A stretch of DNA of 64,000 nt from Haliotis rubra (lineage: Eukaryota). Under the pieces are notes generated by a model. The model did not search any database. It was not told the origin of the DNA and saw nothing but the letters and a program-made list of their open reading frames with translations. The position numbers were made by a program, and so were the translations under genes. This document shows, piece by piece, positions 11,980 to 22,107 of the stretch. Numbering within the stretch: the first letter of the stretch is position 1; every line of letters starts with the position of its first letter. Where the stretch lies: assembly GCF_003918875.1 (NCBI RefSeq), contig NW_025767503.1, positions 310,001 to 374,000 on the forward strand. The letters run 5' to 3'.

Positions 11980-12083
11980 TTGTAGTCACATTTAGCTTGA
12001 TAACGGTGTAAGAATTTACATCGAAACACCCCTGTATGTAGTAAACAATGAAGTTGTTTTCCATAAAATTGTATGCTTCGTTT
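11980..12083 (+). mobile_element. Penelope-like pseudo-LTR remnant with a degenerate hammerhead-like motif
   Basis: TTGATAA-C-GGTGTAA-gaat-TTACATC-GAAAC, followed by AATGAAGTTG..CCATAAAATT; layout similar to 29807-29878. Confidence 0.45.
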
Positions 12084-12742
12084 GGGTACCAGTCAAATTG
12101 CTCCAGCTACAAAATGCCCTGGATATTTGGTCAAATTGCCCCAGGGTGAGGGTAGTCAAAATGCCCCAATTTATTTAAAATGATGAAATGTGTGCCACAA
12201 ATGCATAGTTTTTTGTCAGCTTCGATATTATAATCTGCTCATAAAAACTATTAGGAAATAATATTTCTGATAAGTGTTCCATTAGTAAACTCATAAGAGA
12301 AAAACGAATATCTCTGTATAGACAACACTGTAAAACTGAAAGACTTATGTGACTTCCTACTTATTTCTATAGTGAGGGTTGTAAGATCCCAGTTGACAAA
12401 TACTATGTATTTATGGGCAGTAGACATATTATACAAATATGTAATTTAATTCTTGTACTTCTTTACAAAACATTAATAACATGCACAATAACTGGTATTA
12501 CAGTGTTGTCTAAACAGGGGTGCTCCTTTTGCTCAGAAATATTACTTCCTAATGACTTGTAAGAATATAATATGGAAAGCTACAAAAACTATGCTTTTAT
12601 TGCATATATTTGACCATCTTAAACAAATTTGGGCATTTTGACTACACCTCTGGGGCAATTTGACCAAACCGTGGGCAATTTGACAAAAAAATCCGGGGCA
12701 TTTTTGACCAAATTTGCTGGGGCTGGGTACCTACTGGTTATC
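12084..12742. mobile_element. MITE with long, internally repetitive inverted ends
   Basis: GTCAAA(T/A)TGCCCC repeats at the left end are mirrored by GGGCA(A/T)TTTGAC repeats at the right; AT-rich interior. TSD not resolved. Confidence 0.8.
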
Positions 12743-12946
12743 TACTCACCAACAATCGTCGTTATGAAGCTAAAATCTCGTAAATAAAAAAGTCGTGAAT
12801 ACCCAGATCTAATGAAATAATCAGTCGACCAGTGTTTGGTATTTTGAGTTACGACAATATGAAACAAAAACAAATCCTGCTGTCCCCGCGTTTCTCAAAA
12901 AGGTTAACGGGACAAGCCGAAAGGAGCGAGCGGTGACGAAGGAAAG

Positions 12947-12956
12947 GGGAATTCCC
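12947..12956. promoter_or_regulatory. NF-kB/Rel site upstream of the IAP gene
   Basis: Palindromic GGGAATTCCC matches GGGRNWYYCC and lies in a CpG-rich stretch. Confidence 0.6.
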
Positions 12957-13140
12957 TTCACCGTCCATTCGTGACCAACTCGTATTATTCCGGGACAAGC
13001 CGAGTATGGAGGTTACGAAAAGGGGCGAGTGATGACGAATGTTTTCGTGGTGGTGAATATGCGTGTCGAAGTTTACGGAAAGAAGCGAGTGGCGACGAAG
13101 AGTGCCGACTGTGGTTGCGAAAGGAACGTAATAACGAGAA

Positions 13141-13150
13141 GGGGAATCCC
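13141..13150. promoter_or_regulatory. Second NF-kB/Rel site
   Basis: GGGGAATCCC matches the kB consensus, ~80 bp before the first splice donor. Confidence 0.6.
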
Positions 13151-13159
13151 GGTGGGCTT

Positions 13160-13231
13160 GTCTGAGGGTCACAGATTGGAAAGGGCGTATTCTTCTTCTT
13201 GTTTGTTTCGCCGCTTGGTAAATTCCACTCA
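13160..13231 (+). other. Probable non-coding exon 1 of the IAP gene (start approximate)
   Basis: Consensus donor CTCA|GTAAGT at 13232, paired with the strong acceptor TTTCCTGTTTCAG| at 13688. Confidence 0.55.
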
Positions 13232-13872
13232 GTAAGTGAGGAGTGGTTTATTACTGTTGGTATGTCATGTTACTACTTGTCACTGATTCATGCCCACTGG
13301 ATCGTCTGTGATCGACATAAGGACAGATGTCTGTATAAATTAACTATACTTGATACGAATGTTTTTTGAGATAAGAAGGCCGCCAGTGTTTTAACTAAAA
13401 CAGAGAAAACGGTATGTTGTTTTACGTAATGTACGGAGTGATTGTCAGCTACCATCTGTTTTCGACTCTAAGTCTTACAGACTTCGGACCAGAACTTGCA
13501 GAAGAATTTGCAGTTCCCTCCCTCTCCACTTCTGAATACCTGTATATTATGTTCTTGACACCCACTTTCACTTGGTCCATTACTCCACCGTGAGTTTCAC
13601 TGCCCCCAACCCAACCCCTACCCCAACCACCACCCATAGAAAATTGAAAACATTTATTTCCTGCTTTCATTTCAATTTCCTGTTTCAGGTATTTATGTTG
13701 GAACACCTACAAGCAACTTCTAAAACATCTACTCAACTACGGTCAATAAGCCGTAAATAATCATCATATTACTCGACGTATCATTTTCATCAACATACGT
13801 CTGCCTGTAGGGATCTGGTTATAAGTAATTGAGAAATTTTGAAAACTGAATCCAAGTTGAGAAATCATCACA

Positions 13873-14560
13873 ATGGATGACACTGGGTATGACATCGGAC
13901 CACAGGACGAGGAATATCAACATGGAATGGACTTGACAACAGATAATCCTCCTGATATAGGTTTCAGTCACGAGAACAACATTTCCTCGATGCCCCCCGA
14001 GTACACCCGGCACCAGGTGTACGGAACCAACCATGTGGTGTGGCGTAGGATGTTTGAGGAGCCCATTGACATGACACCCCCGGAGCAGAACCCCCTCAAC
14101 AGAGCTGATGCTTGTCCACAACCTGTAGACATTGTAAACAATCCCTTGCACATGGAAAGTAATCGGTTAAAGACATTTGAAGGTAAATGGCCAGCACAGA
14201 CTCCTGTCACCCCCAAGGCTTTGGCCCGGGATGGGTTTTACTATATAGGGCCTGGGGACAGAGTGAGGTGCGCCTTCTGTACGGGAGTGCTGAAGTTATG
14301 GGACAAGGGAGACGTTGTTTCGGAAGAGCACAAGAAACACTTCCCCCATTGTGTGGTACACAGGGTCCGAGCAGCTGGTGCCCAGGTAGCACCCGACAGC
14401 TCCCAGATAGCAAAGGCAGACAGCCTGGGCATTGTGATAAATCAACCCAAATATCCTCAATATGCACTTGAGTCCACACGCCTGAGATCATTTAATGTCT
14501 GGCCCAGTCAAATGAAACAGAAGCCCGCAGACTTGGCAAAGGCTGGACTGTTTTATTTGG
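13873..14560 (+). CDS. IAP/BIRC protein, coding exon 1: acidic N-terminus, BIR1 and start of BIR2
   Basis: RLKTF..WP..LARDGFYYIGPGDRVRCAFC..W..GD..EEHKKHFPHC (CCHC BIR), then RLRSF..WP..LAKAGLFYL. Donor G|GTAAGC, phase 1. Confidence 0.96.
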
Positions 14561-15128
14561 GTAAGCTGGAAATACTTTCTTCAACTTCAGTGACTTTGCT
14601 ATATTTGACTGTACATCAGTACATGGTGATGCTTTTCACATAAATCTTTTCTGACTGCTTGTCCAAATATGTTTTTCTGCCTGTGATTTACTGACAAAGT
14701 ATAATCCCAAAAATAGCATGTGTTAGTGAGATTTCTACTTTTTATCATATGATCATAAAAGCATGATAATAAGCTATGCTCTGGACTCAAAATGAACATA
14801 ATTCTGCTAGTCTGAGACGTTTTACATTCAGGAAGGACTAGTGACATTGAAGTGTGAAGTAAAGACACTTTACTCTCTTGTGTGTATTTCTTGCTGACAA
14901 GTGTAAATATAAATCAATTTCTAAAACCCTAGGTTCCGTTTACTCTAGTTTTTGTCATTATAATTGGGTTGGAACACAACCTAAATCATCAAAAAACACA
15001 GAAACTGATGTCTGTTTTTGCTATGTGTATAAATTCATTGCTTCACTGGTGGACTGAGTTGAATAGTAACACGGTGATGTTTATTCCTGGTTGTTCCTGC
15101 TGTTGGTGATCCTCCTCCACTATTACAG

Positions 15129-15277
15129 GGAAGGGGGACCGAGTGAAGTGTTTCACCTGCGGCCATGTCCTGAGCTCCTGGGAACCAACTGATAACCCTA
15201 TGGCAGAACATGAAAGGTGGTTTCCCACGTGTCCCTTCGTCAGACTTGTCAAGGGAGACAATTCATCAGAGACACAG
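15129..15277 (+). CDS. IAP coding exon 2: remainder of BIR2
   Basis: TACAG| then (G)KGDRVKCFTCGHVLSSWEPTDNPMAEHERWFPTCPFV..ETQ |GTAAGA; phase 1 to 0. Confidence 0.95.
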
Positions 15278-15425
15278 GTAAGAACTGTACCATTATCATA
15301 TATTTCATTAAACACTTCCACAGGTATCTGAAGAATACTATTGTTAACTTCCTGTTGTATTCCATGACTGATTCATCCCTTTGTTGAAAAACTTGCTGGT
15401 TTCTGTGGTAAACTTGCAAGACACC

Positions 15426-15655
15426 ATCCAGGTTAGAATTGGTCTTCAGTAACCCATGCTTTGTAGTAAGAGGCGACTAATGGGTGGTCACTCTCGCTGA
15501 CTTGGTTGACACACGTCATCGTATCCCAATTGCGTAGCTCAATGTTTATGCTGTTGAACACCAGATTGTCTGGTCCAGACTTGATTATTTACAGACCGCC
15601 GCCATACAGCTGGAATATTGCTGAGTGCTGTGTTAGACAACAACCAAACCAAACC
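15426..15655 (+). mobile_element. SINE family B in an IAP intron
   Basis: CCCATGCTTTGTAGTAAGAGGCGACTAA..GTCTGGTCCAGAC..GCTGGAATATTGCTGAGTGC with a (AACC)n tail. Confidence 0.88.
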
Positions 15656-15689
15656 ATTATACTTCTGGTTCAGAGCATCTCAACCACAG

Positions 15690-15761
15690 ATTGGTTGGTT
15701 GGTTTGTTGTTTACCACCCCACTCATCAATATTCCACCTATGTGGTTGTTGTCTGTAAATA
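15690..15761 (-). mobile_element. Short antisense family-B SINE tail, split by nested insertions (resumes ~16497)
   Basis: Reverse complement of the family B tail; flanking 13-bp TSD ATCTCAACCACAG at 15677-15689 and 16497-16509. Confidence 0.7.
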
Positions 15762-15932
15762 TATATATATGGGTATTTGTATAGCGCTATAGTCCATCCA
15801 GCATGCATGCTCAAAGCGCTTGTAGAAGTGTCACACTCCTGTGCTGATATACTGTACAAACAGTAACAGAACTGGAAGAGATCACTCAGAGTAATATTTA
15901 GCAAAGAGGTGGGTCTGTGTCTGTGTCTGTTT

Positions 15933-16442
15933 GGGGGCATGGTGGGCGAACTGGCTAAAGTGCCAGGCTAGTGATCCAGCGAGCTTGAGGTGACGGGATC
16001 GAGCCCACCTGTGACCGGGTGTAAAAAAAACCTTGGAGTCAGCTTTGTGTGCAGACTCTTTCAGTGTTGTCACAATCCCTAGTGTACAGTACACAACCCT
16101 GTGCACTTAAAAGAACCCACGAATCCGTTGGTATATGACCAGATGGTGGCCACCTGAATATGTGCAAACACCTAGTTGCGGGTACAGCAACGTGTGCAGT
16201 AAAACTTAGACAAAGTGCTGTGGCAATGTGTCCCAGTCCACCCAGCTGTGAATGGGTACGTCGTAAGGATGGGAATGCCACAATAACTCGGTACGCCTAG
16301 TGCCTGCAAGAGTTGTATGCTCCCCAGGGAGTTGAGATTGACAATACGATGTGCCGTTCAGATTGACATCCAGTGAACGCAGGAAAAACAAAGCGCCTTT
16401 GAGCAGCTGAGCTGAGCTGGATATCGGCGCTATACAAATGTT
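15933..16442 (+). mobile_element. Long tRNA-headed SINE, family C (composite)
   Basis: tRNA-like head (GGTGGGCGAACTGG..GGGATCGAGCCC), GCACTTAAAAGAACCC block, CCACCCAGCTGTGAATGGGTAC block, and an L2-like tail AAAGCGCCTTTGAG..GCGCTATACAAAT. Confidence 0.8.
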
Positions 16443-16683
16443 AGAGAGTGTGTGTGTTTGTGTGTGTGTGCGTGCGTGCGTGTCTGTGTGTAAATAATCT
16501 CAACCACAGGTAGTTGATCAACATATCAAATAAACATTCTACGATGAATTTAGGAAATGCGCAATTCTGTTTGGTTAGGCAAAGGCATGAAATATCAGAC
16601 CTTGTTTCAGTTTGTTGATGTAAGTAGAGCTACCATGTTCCATAGTGAGTTAGAAATCCTAGGTTGTTTGTTTATGTCTTCAG

Positions 16684-16708
16684 AATGGCACAACTGTAGC
16701 TGATACAG
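16684..16708 (+). CDS. IAP coding exon 3: 25-nt micro-exon (NGTTVADT)
   Basis: TTTATGTCTTCAG|..|GTAATT; supplies the phase 0 to 1 change needed to join the flanking exons. Confidence 0.75.
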
Positions 16709-17106
16709 GTAATTAGTTTTCTTTGTTATTTAAGCATTGAAACGTTTATGTTTCCTTTCTCAAGTCACAAATCAGTGGTGATAGTGGACAAACATTTACA
16801 AGTGAATTATGATTGTTGTGCATTTATTAACTTGTAGGGATTTATATAGGTGTCCAAGCTAAATGCCTTTGGCAAGCAATTTAGAAAACATGTCATGAGA
16901 TTGTTCAAATTATTTTGTCCGTGACATACAATTTTGTATTAACTTGTAATTCCTATCTTGGAATATTAAAGATTAGCTGCATATTTGAACATGATAAGGG
17001 CAGGTCTAGATGTGCCGCTTGTTTGCCTGAAATCCTGTGAACTGAAGATGTTGTCATTGTGTAAGAGAGGAGGATCTTTTCCATTGCCTGTTCGATCAGT
17101 GCTCAG

Positions 17107-17553
17107 TAGTGTTGGGAATTGGTTTAAATCTCATAATTGATGATTGGTTCATTACAACCGATCTATTATTGAAAATAATTGGTTAGCGCCATTTATCAAA
17201 TCTCCCTGGCTGTGTTTGTTAATGCACAAAATATCTAGAAAAAGCATGTAGTTATGGTTGTTTTTGCAAATTGCACAAAATGCATTTGCAAATTTCACAT
17301 CTTTAAAGGTTGACTAGTATGTTAGGAACATAAATATACTGGAGTCTTTAAGAAACGTTCAATCATGACTTGGAACGAGCTGGTAGTGCTTATGAAATGT
17401 AACAGACTAAACAAACCTTGTGAAAAATATTGTTAATGCAAATAAGTGTTCCAAAATTGTTTGTGTTCGAGTATGAGAAAACATGATCGAATGCTTGGTC
17501 GTTTAGTCATTGAGACCAATCTTCGATTATTTAAAATAATCTGACCACCACTA
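17107..17553. mobile_element. Non-autonomous hAT-type element
   Basis: TAGTG..CACTA termini with a perfect 8-bp TSD GTGCTCAG (17099-17106, 17554-17561). Confidence 0.8.
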
Positions 17554-17600
17554 GTGCTCAGATGGAACTAGAACTCATTCCCTACTTTATCATGCTTCAG

Positions 17601-17699
17601 ATCAACTTGCAAAGAATGCCTCAGTCCAGGCCTTGATCGACAATGGCTGCAAGCTGGAGGACATCAGTAAAGCCATTGAGGATCTGCATATGGATGGAG
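17601..17699 (+). CDS. IAP coding exon 4: first part of the UBA-like domain
   Basis: GCTTCAG| DQLAKNASVQALIDNGCKLEDISKAIEDLHMDG |GTAGAT; 99 nt, phase 1-1. Confidence 0.85.
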
Positions 17700-17711
17700 G
17701 TAGATTGTCCT

Positions 17712-17820
17712 GGGCCCACTTGCACAAAGCGATCTTAGGGCTACAATGATTGTAACTCCCATTCCCCAACATAGGCTTAAGATAGTTGTAGCGCTAAGAT
17801 CGCTTTGTGCAAGTGGGCCC
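17712..17820. mobile_element. Palindromic MITE (Harbinger/Tourist-like)
   Basis: 27-bp perfect inverted ends GGGCCCACTTGCACAAAGCGATCTTAG; a related element lies at 33078-33200. Confidence 0.85.
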
Positions 17821-18436
17821 AGCAAAGCGCTGCGGTGAATTGTCGTGTTCCAGTGTAATCAGCAGTAGTCAATACAGATGATGGCTACCTGTGACCAAAC
17901 AAACAAGTGATTGGCAGTAAGAGCAATGTCCCACATCTAACAAACCTTGACTTGATGTTAGGTGTTTATGAAGGTCGCCTTTGCCATTGGCATTTCGGGA
18001 GACCTAGCAAGTCTGACCACCCAGTCTCTATGTAGTGGCTGATGCCGACCAGAACTGTCGGCTGAGATGTACTCTACCTGAGAATGTGGAGACTACCATT
18101 CAGACATGTTCTGTTACCGCTGAGGATGCAGGAGATGAAGTGGATCGGGTGGACATACTGCTTACCTGGTTGACACGCAGCACTGTTTTGGAATTAATCT
18201 ATGATCACAGTCTCTTGACCGTTCTGTAGTAGACTGTTTTGGGCTGCAACCCAGACAACATGGATTGTCAAAGCCTGCCATTACTGCTCTGTATAAGGAC
18301 ATTCCAAACAAACTTGTGGTTTGTCAAGGAAGACAAGTTGGGTGACTGGTTACCTCATCTCTGCATACAATGAATGTCCTAACTCAGAAAAACTGAGCAG
18401 TCTGTACGTTTATACTGAATTCATTTAACTCCACAG

Positions 18437-18541
18437 ATGATTCAATACCATCAGCTGTAGCCATATTGGAAAAGATAGAGGAGAGGTCCCAGGCACAGAA
18501 CGGGATGAGGATTCAAAATGGACACTCACAAAGTAATGATG
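18437..18541 (+). CDS. IAP coding exon 5: end of the UBA-like domain and linker
   Basis: CTCCACAG| DDSIPSAVAILEKIEERSQAQNGMRIQNGHSQSND |GTAAGG; 105 nt, phase 1-1. Confidence 0.85.
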
Positions 18542-18782
18542 GTAAGGCTTTCTGTAGATGTGGGCAAGCTGAAACAATAGGTTATTACATGCTCATTTCG
18601 GTCAAATTTATTTAGTTTTTAAAAAAAAAGAATTTCTGGGGTGAGTAGCCTTGATGGGGGTAGCCTGGAGGGGTGTTAGCCAGAGTAATGCATGTACTTA
18701 TTGGTTCATAACTTATTGGCACATATGCTAATCTTTCACTGGCTTAAGGTAGTGAAGATGATGTCATTGGTTTTGTCTTCAG

Positions 18783-18985
18783 ATGTGCAAGTGCAATCAT
18801 TGCTGAATGAGAATCGGGAGCTGAAGGAACAACGTCTGTGCAAGGTATGTCTGGAAAATGAGATCAGCGTCATCTTCCTGCCCTGTGGCCACCTCGTCTG
18901 CTGCAGCCATTGTGCTACGTCGCTGTCTAACTGCCCCATCTGTCGCGTCAAGATCAATGGGTCTGCCAAAGCTTATTGGCCATGA
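18783..18985 (+). CDS. IAP terminal exon: C3HC4 RING finger
   Basis: TTTTGTCTTCAG| ..ENRELKEQRLCKVCLENEISVIFLPCGHLVCCSHCATSLSNCPICR..AYWP*; typical IAP RING. Confidence 0.96.
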
Positions 18986-19380
18986 TAGCATGGTCCTCCA
19001 ACCAGTGATGACCACCAGCCCAGGAGGTCCTGTATGTGGGTGATCATTATTACACTATTAACATAGTATATGATGTGTGCAGCCAGCAACACGTCTGTCA
19101 GATTGTCAGAGGTGTCGGGGGACCGCCAGGTGTGCTGCTGCACTACAATATTTGAATCCTGGGACCTGCATGTTCAACTGTTAAGTAGAGGATCTGTACA
19201 TCTGACCATTCTGAGTGTGTCTAAGTTTGCTCTATGTATGTCATTACACTTTAGTTCATGCATGATTAACGTCTCACACCTCAACACTGGTGCTCCACAC
19301 AGTGGACAACCCAAGCTCTGCACTGTAACTCTTTCTAGAGGCAAACTGAAGAGAAAACTCCTGTCTTCTTTTTGATTATA

Positions 19381-20140
19381 CAGTAGAACACGGATATAAC
19401 GAACTCCAAGGGACCAAGAAATTTAGTTCGCTATATCCGTTGTTCGTTATTCACATTTGACGGCCATCTTGGATTGTAGAGATGTAGAGACATGTATATG
19501 CTGAGGCTACAAATCTTTATTCTTGTACATGTACATTGGCATAACATTAAAATTCTGAATTTATCATTCACAGACATTAGCTAGAACATGTTTAACAATC
19601 ACAACAATTCAACAATACATGTATATAACTTAATTACATTTAACAAAGTCCACAATTTTGCTCTGCACACCACGTCTTGCAGACTTCATTTTGTCAACAC
19701 AAGTTTGTCTTAGATTTTACACCTGAATCTACAGCCTGAATTATCTGAAGCTTGGTGTCAGAAGTGATAGCTTTACATTTGCCTGCCATAGTGACGAGAG
19801 TGAACGAAGACCTGTATACCAGTCAAGCTTTTAAACACGACATGTTTGTTTTGTTAATTAATTAATGACCATCAAACATTGTTGATTCGCCGCCGCCAAC
19901 AAGGTTGATGTATACCGTTAAGTGGCTGAGCTGACACTGAGTGAGTTCGCTAATCACGTCGTTAATTGGGTCTTGGGGGTAGTAAATCAGTTCACTATAG
20001 CCGTTAATTCGCTACTCACGAGTTCGTTATTCGCGTATAATTTTAATGATATCATAAAGGACTATTGACGGGACTTTTAAATTTGTTCGCTATATCCGTT
20101 TGTACGCTATATCCGTGTTCGCTATATCCATGTTCTACTG
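19381..20140. mobile_element. Non-autonomous Tc1/mariner (pogo-like) MITE, 760 bp
   Basis: 24-bp TIR CAGTAGAACA(C/T)GGATATA(A/G)CGAAC, TA on both sides, subterminal TTCGCTATATCCG repeats. Confidence 0.92.
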
Positions 20141-20628
20141 TAACTTAATTTTCATCAAGATAAGAGAGCTAGTAATACCCCTCTTAAGCCTGTAGTGCTG
20201 TATGGCATGCACCTCCCTGTTGTGGTTGTAGTACCCTCGTGTATACAGTTATACAAAACAATGAGTGCACTGATAGGCTTACAGCTAGGCTGTCGGTCAG
20301 TGATTGTTTGCAAACTGTGCTCTAGAATGGTCGGTGTTGTTTATAGACCCATATACTGTAGTGTTTCATTACAAACTCTGTGAAAATGGCTGTGATTTTG
20401 TGTCTTAACTTGTTAGCCTGTTAACTTTATATGAATATGTATATGTATGCCTTTTAAGTTCAGTTATCTAAACTTGTGATTTTATATACAGTTATATGTA
20501 ATTGTTAAATGTCTTTGTAGAGGTGAGTTTGTGTGACAGTTTTAGTTAGAACACTGAGAGAGCTCTAATTATGAGGATATAATAATGTTATAAATAACAA
20601 GCCATTACAAACCAGTCAATGTTATCAA

Positions 20629-20782
20629 CAGGGATGGCAATTTTCCGCTGATCCGCGGATTTCCGCTGATCTTATTTCAAATTGTTCAATTGTGAATCGT
20701 CTAAATCCATTGAGAAACCCTCAACTCGATGACACAATATTACATTTTCAGCTGAAAATAGATTTTCCTGTTGCCATCCCTG
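20629..20782. mobile_element. 154-bp MITE with CAGGGATGGCAA TIRs (hAT-like termini)
   Basis: Perfect 12-bp TIR; TATCAA duplicated at 20623-20628 and 20783-20788. Confidence 0.88.
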
Positions 20783-21516
20783 TATCAATGACAAGCCATT
20801 ACAAACCAGTCATGTTAAACTCCTGGTTCGTCTTCTTGCTGGATGAATTGTTTCTGACAGTTTGTCTGCGAACTGTTACCTACACCAGAGGTTGCTGACA
20901 GGGCTGGAGTTTTGCTGGTTAGATTCAAATCAATCTAACATCGCGTATGAAGCTGCAGCATTGCACAACATTCAGTAGAGAATGTCTGGGCTGTGTATCT
21001 GCAACATACAACAGCCCTAGAGCATCGTCTGGCCAGGTATTGGACACAATGATGATGACTCAAGGCAAGAAAGCTATAATGTTTATATTCTGCCTGACCA
21101 CCAACAGTGATTTAATGGTAACCTTGGTAACTTGGTTACCAGTGACGGTAAATCATTATTTGCAATATTTACATGGTGCTGCCCTATAACAACAAACAGA
21201 TGAAAACAAGTTATGATCCTTGCTGACTCTGAAGCATACCCTGAGTGTCTGATGTAGAAGAAGTGACCGCATATACCTGTGACCAGGTGGACCAAACACA
21301 GGCTGTCTTCCATGGCCTGATACAACACACACAGGATACAACTTTACCAAGATCTATATGTTCATATACATGTATAAATATATATGGACGGATTATATGT
21401 TTCGGACATGACTTGTGTTTGGATTTTTGCTTACCTCTCGCTATAGCCAGTTGCCTTACACTGATATTGTGAAATGCTCAGAAGATGGCTAGTGTCTTTA
21501 ATTACTTAGTGACATG

Positions 21517-21525
21517 TGAGTGAGT

Positions 21526-21572
<47 letters not shown>
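21517..21572. repeat. (GAGT)n(GA)n microsatellite
   Basis: Directly visible. Confidence 0.95.
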
Positions 21573-21575
<3 letters not shown>

Positions 21576-22107
21576 ACTTATCACATATCACACACATTAT
21601 ATATTTGTTTCATGTCATATATTTGTTTCATGTATGTTTATTTCAAATGTTGTTTGTTTTTGTTTTGTTCATTTTGTCTAGAACAGATATTTCGGTACAT
21701 GATTATATTGCTTATACACATGACATATACCTTTGATCATATTACCCATTATCCTAGTTTTCTTTCTCTGGTTTCTTTCACATTGTCTTCCATTGTCCCA
21801 GTCATACCCCGCTTGTTCAGTATATTGCATTTCACCACACTGTGGTATGAACCAAAACAAACATATTGTAACAAATAACCTTCTTAAACACACTGTATGG
21901 TGGATGGGAGTAGATATTGTACAATTTCGTGAGGGAATAATAGTCTTATTTGATTCCATATTATGTAGTGCTGGAAGGGGTAAAACTGATTCCAGTGTAC
22001 TCTCTATCAATATTGTTCCAAATGTTTGGAGTCAGAGGTATTCAGAAGGCATCATTATACTTGCTTTGTTTTGGTGATATACATCCCTATGCTGGTGGTA
22101 TCAGTAA

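Noticed and set aside
13873-14130. DIAP1-like caspase cleavage site in the acidic IAP N-terminus
   Set aside because: No clear DxxD motif (NRAD and LTTD only), so it cannot be supported.
14561-14643. C-terminal extension of the 256-aa ORF
   Set aside because: Intron read-through; BIR2 continues in frame at 15129.
18692-18782. N-terminal part of the 97-aa RING ORF
   Set aside because: Intronic sequence upstream of the acceptor at 18782.
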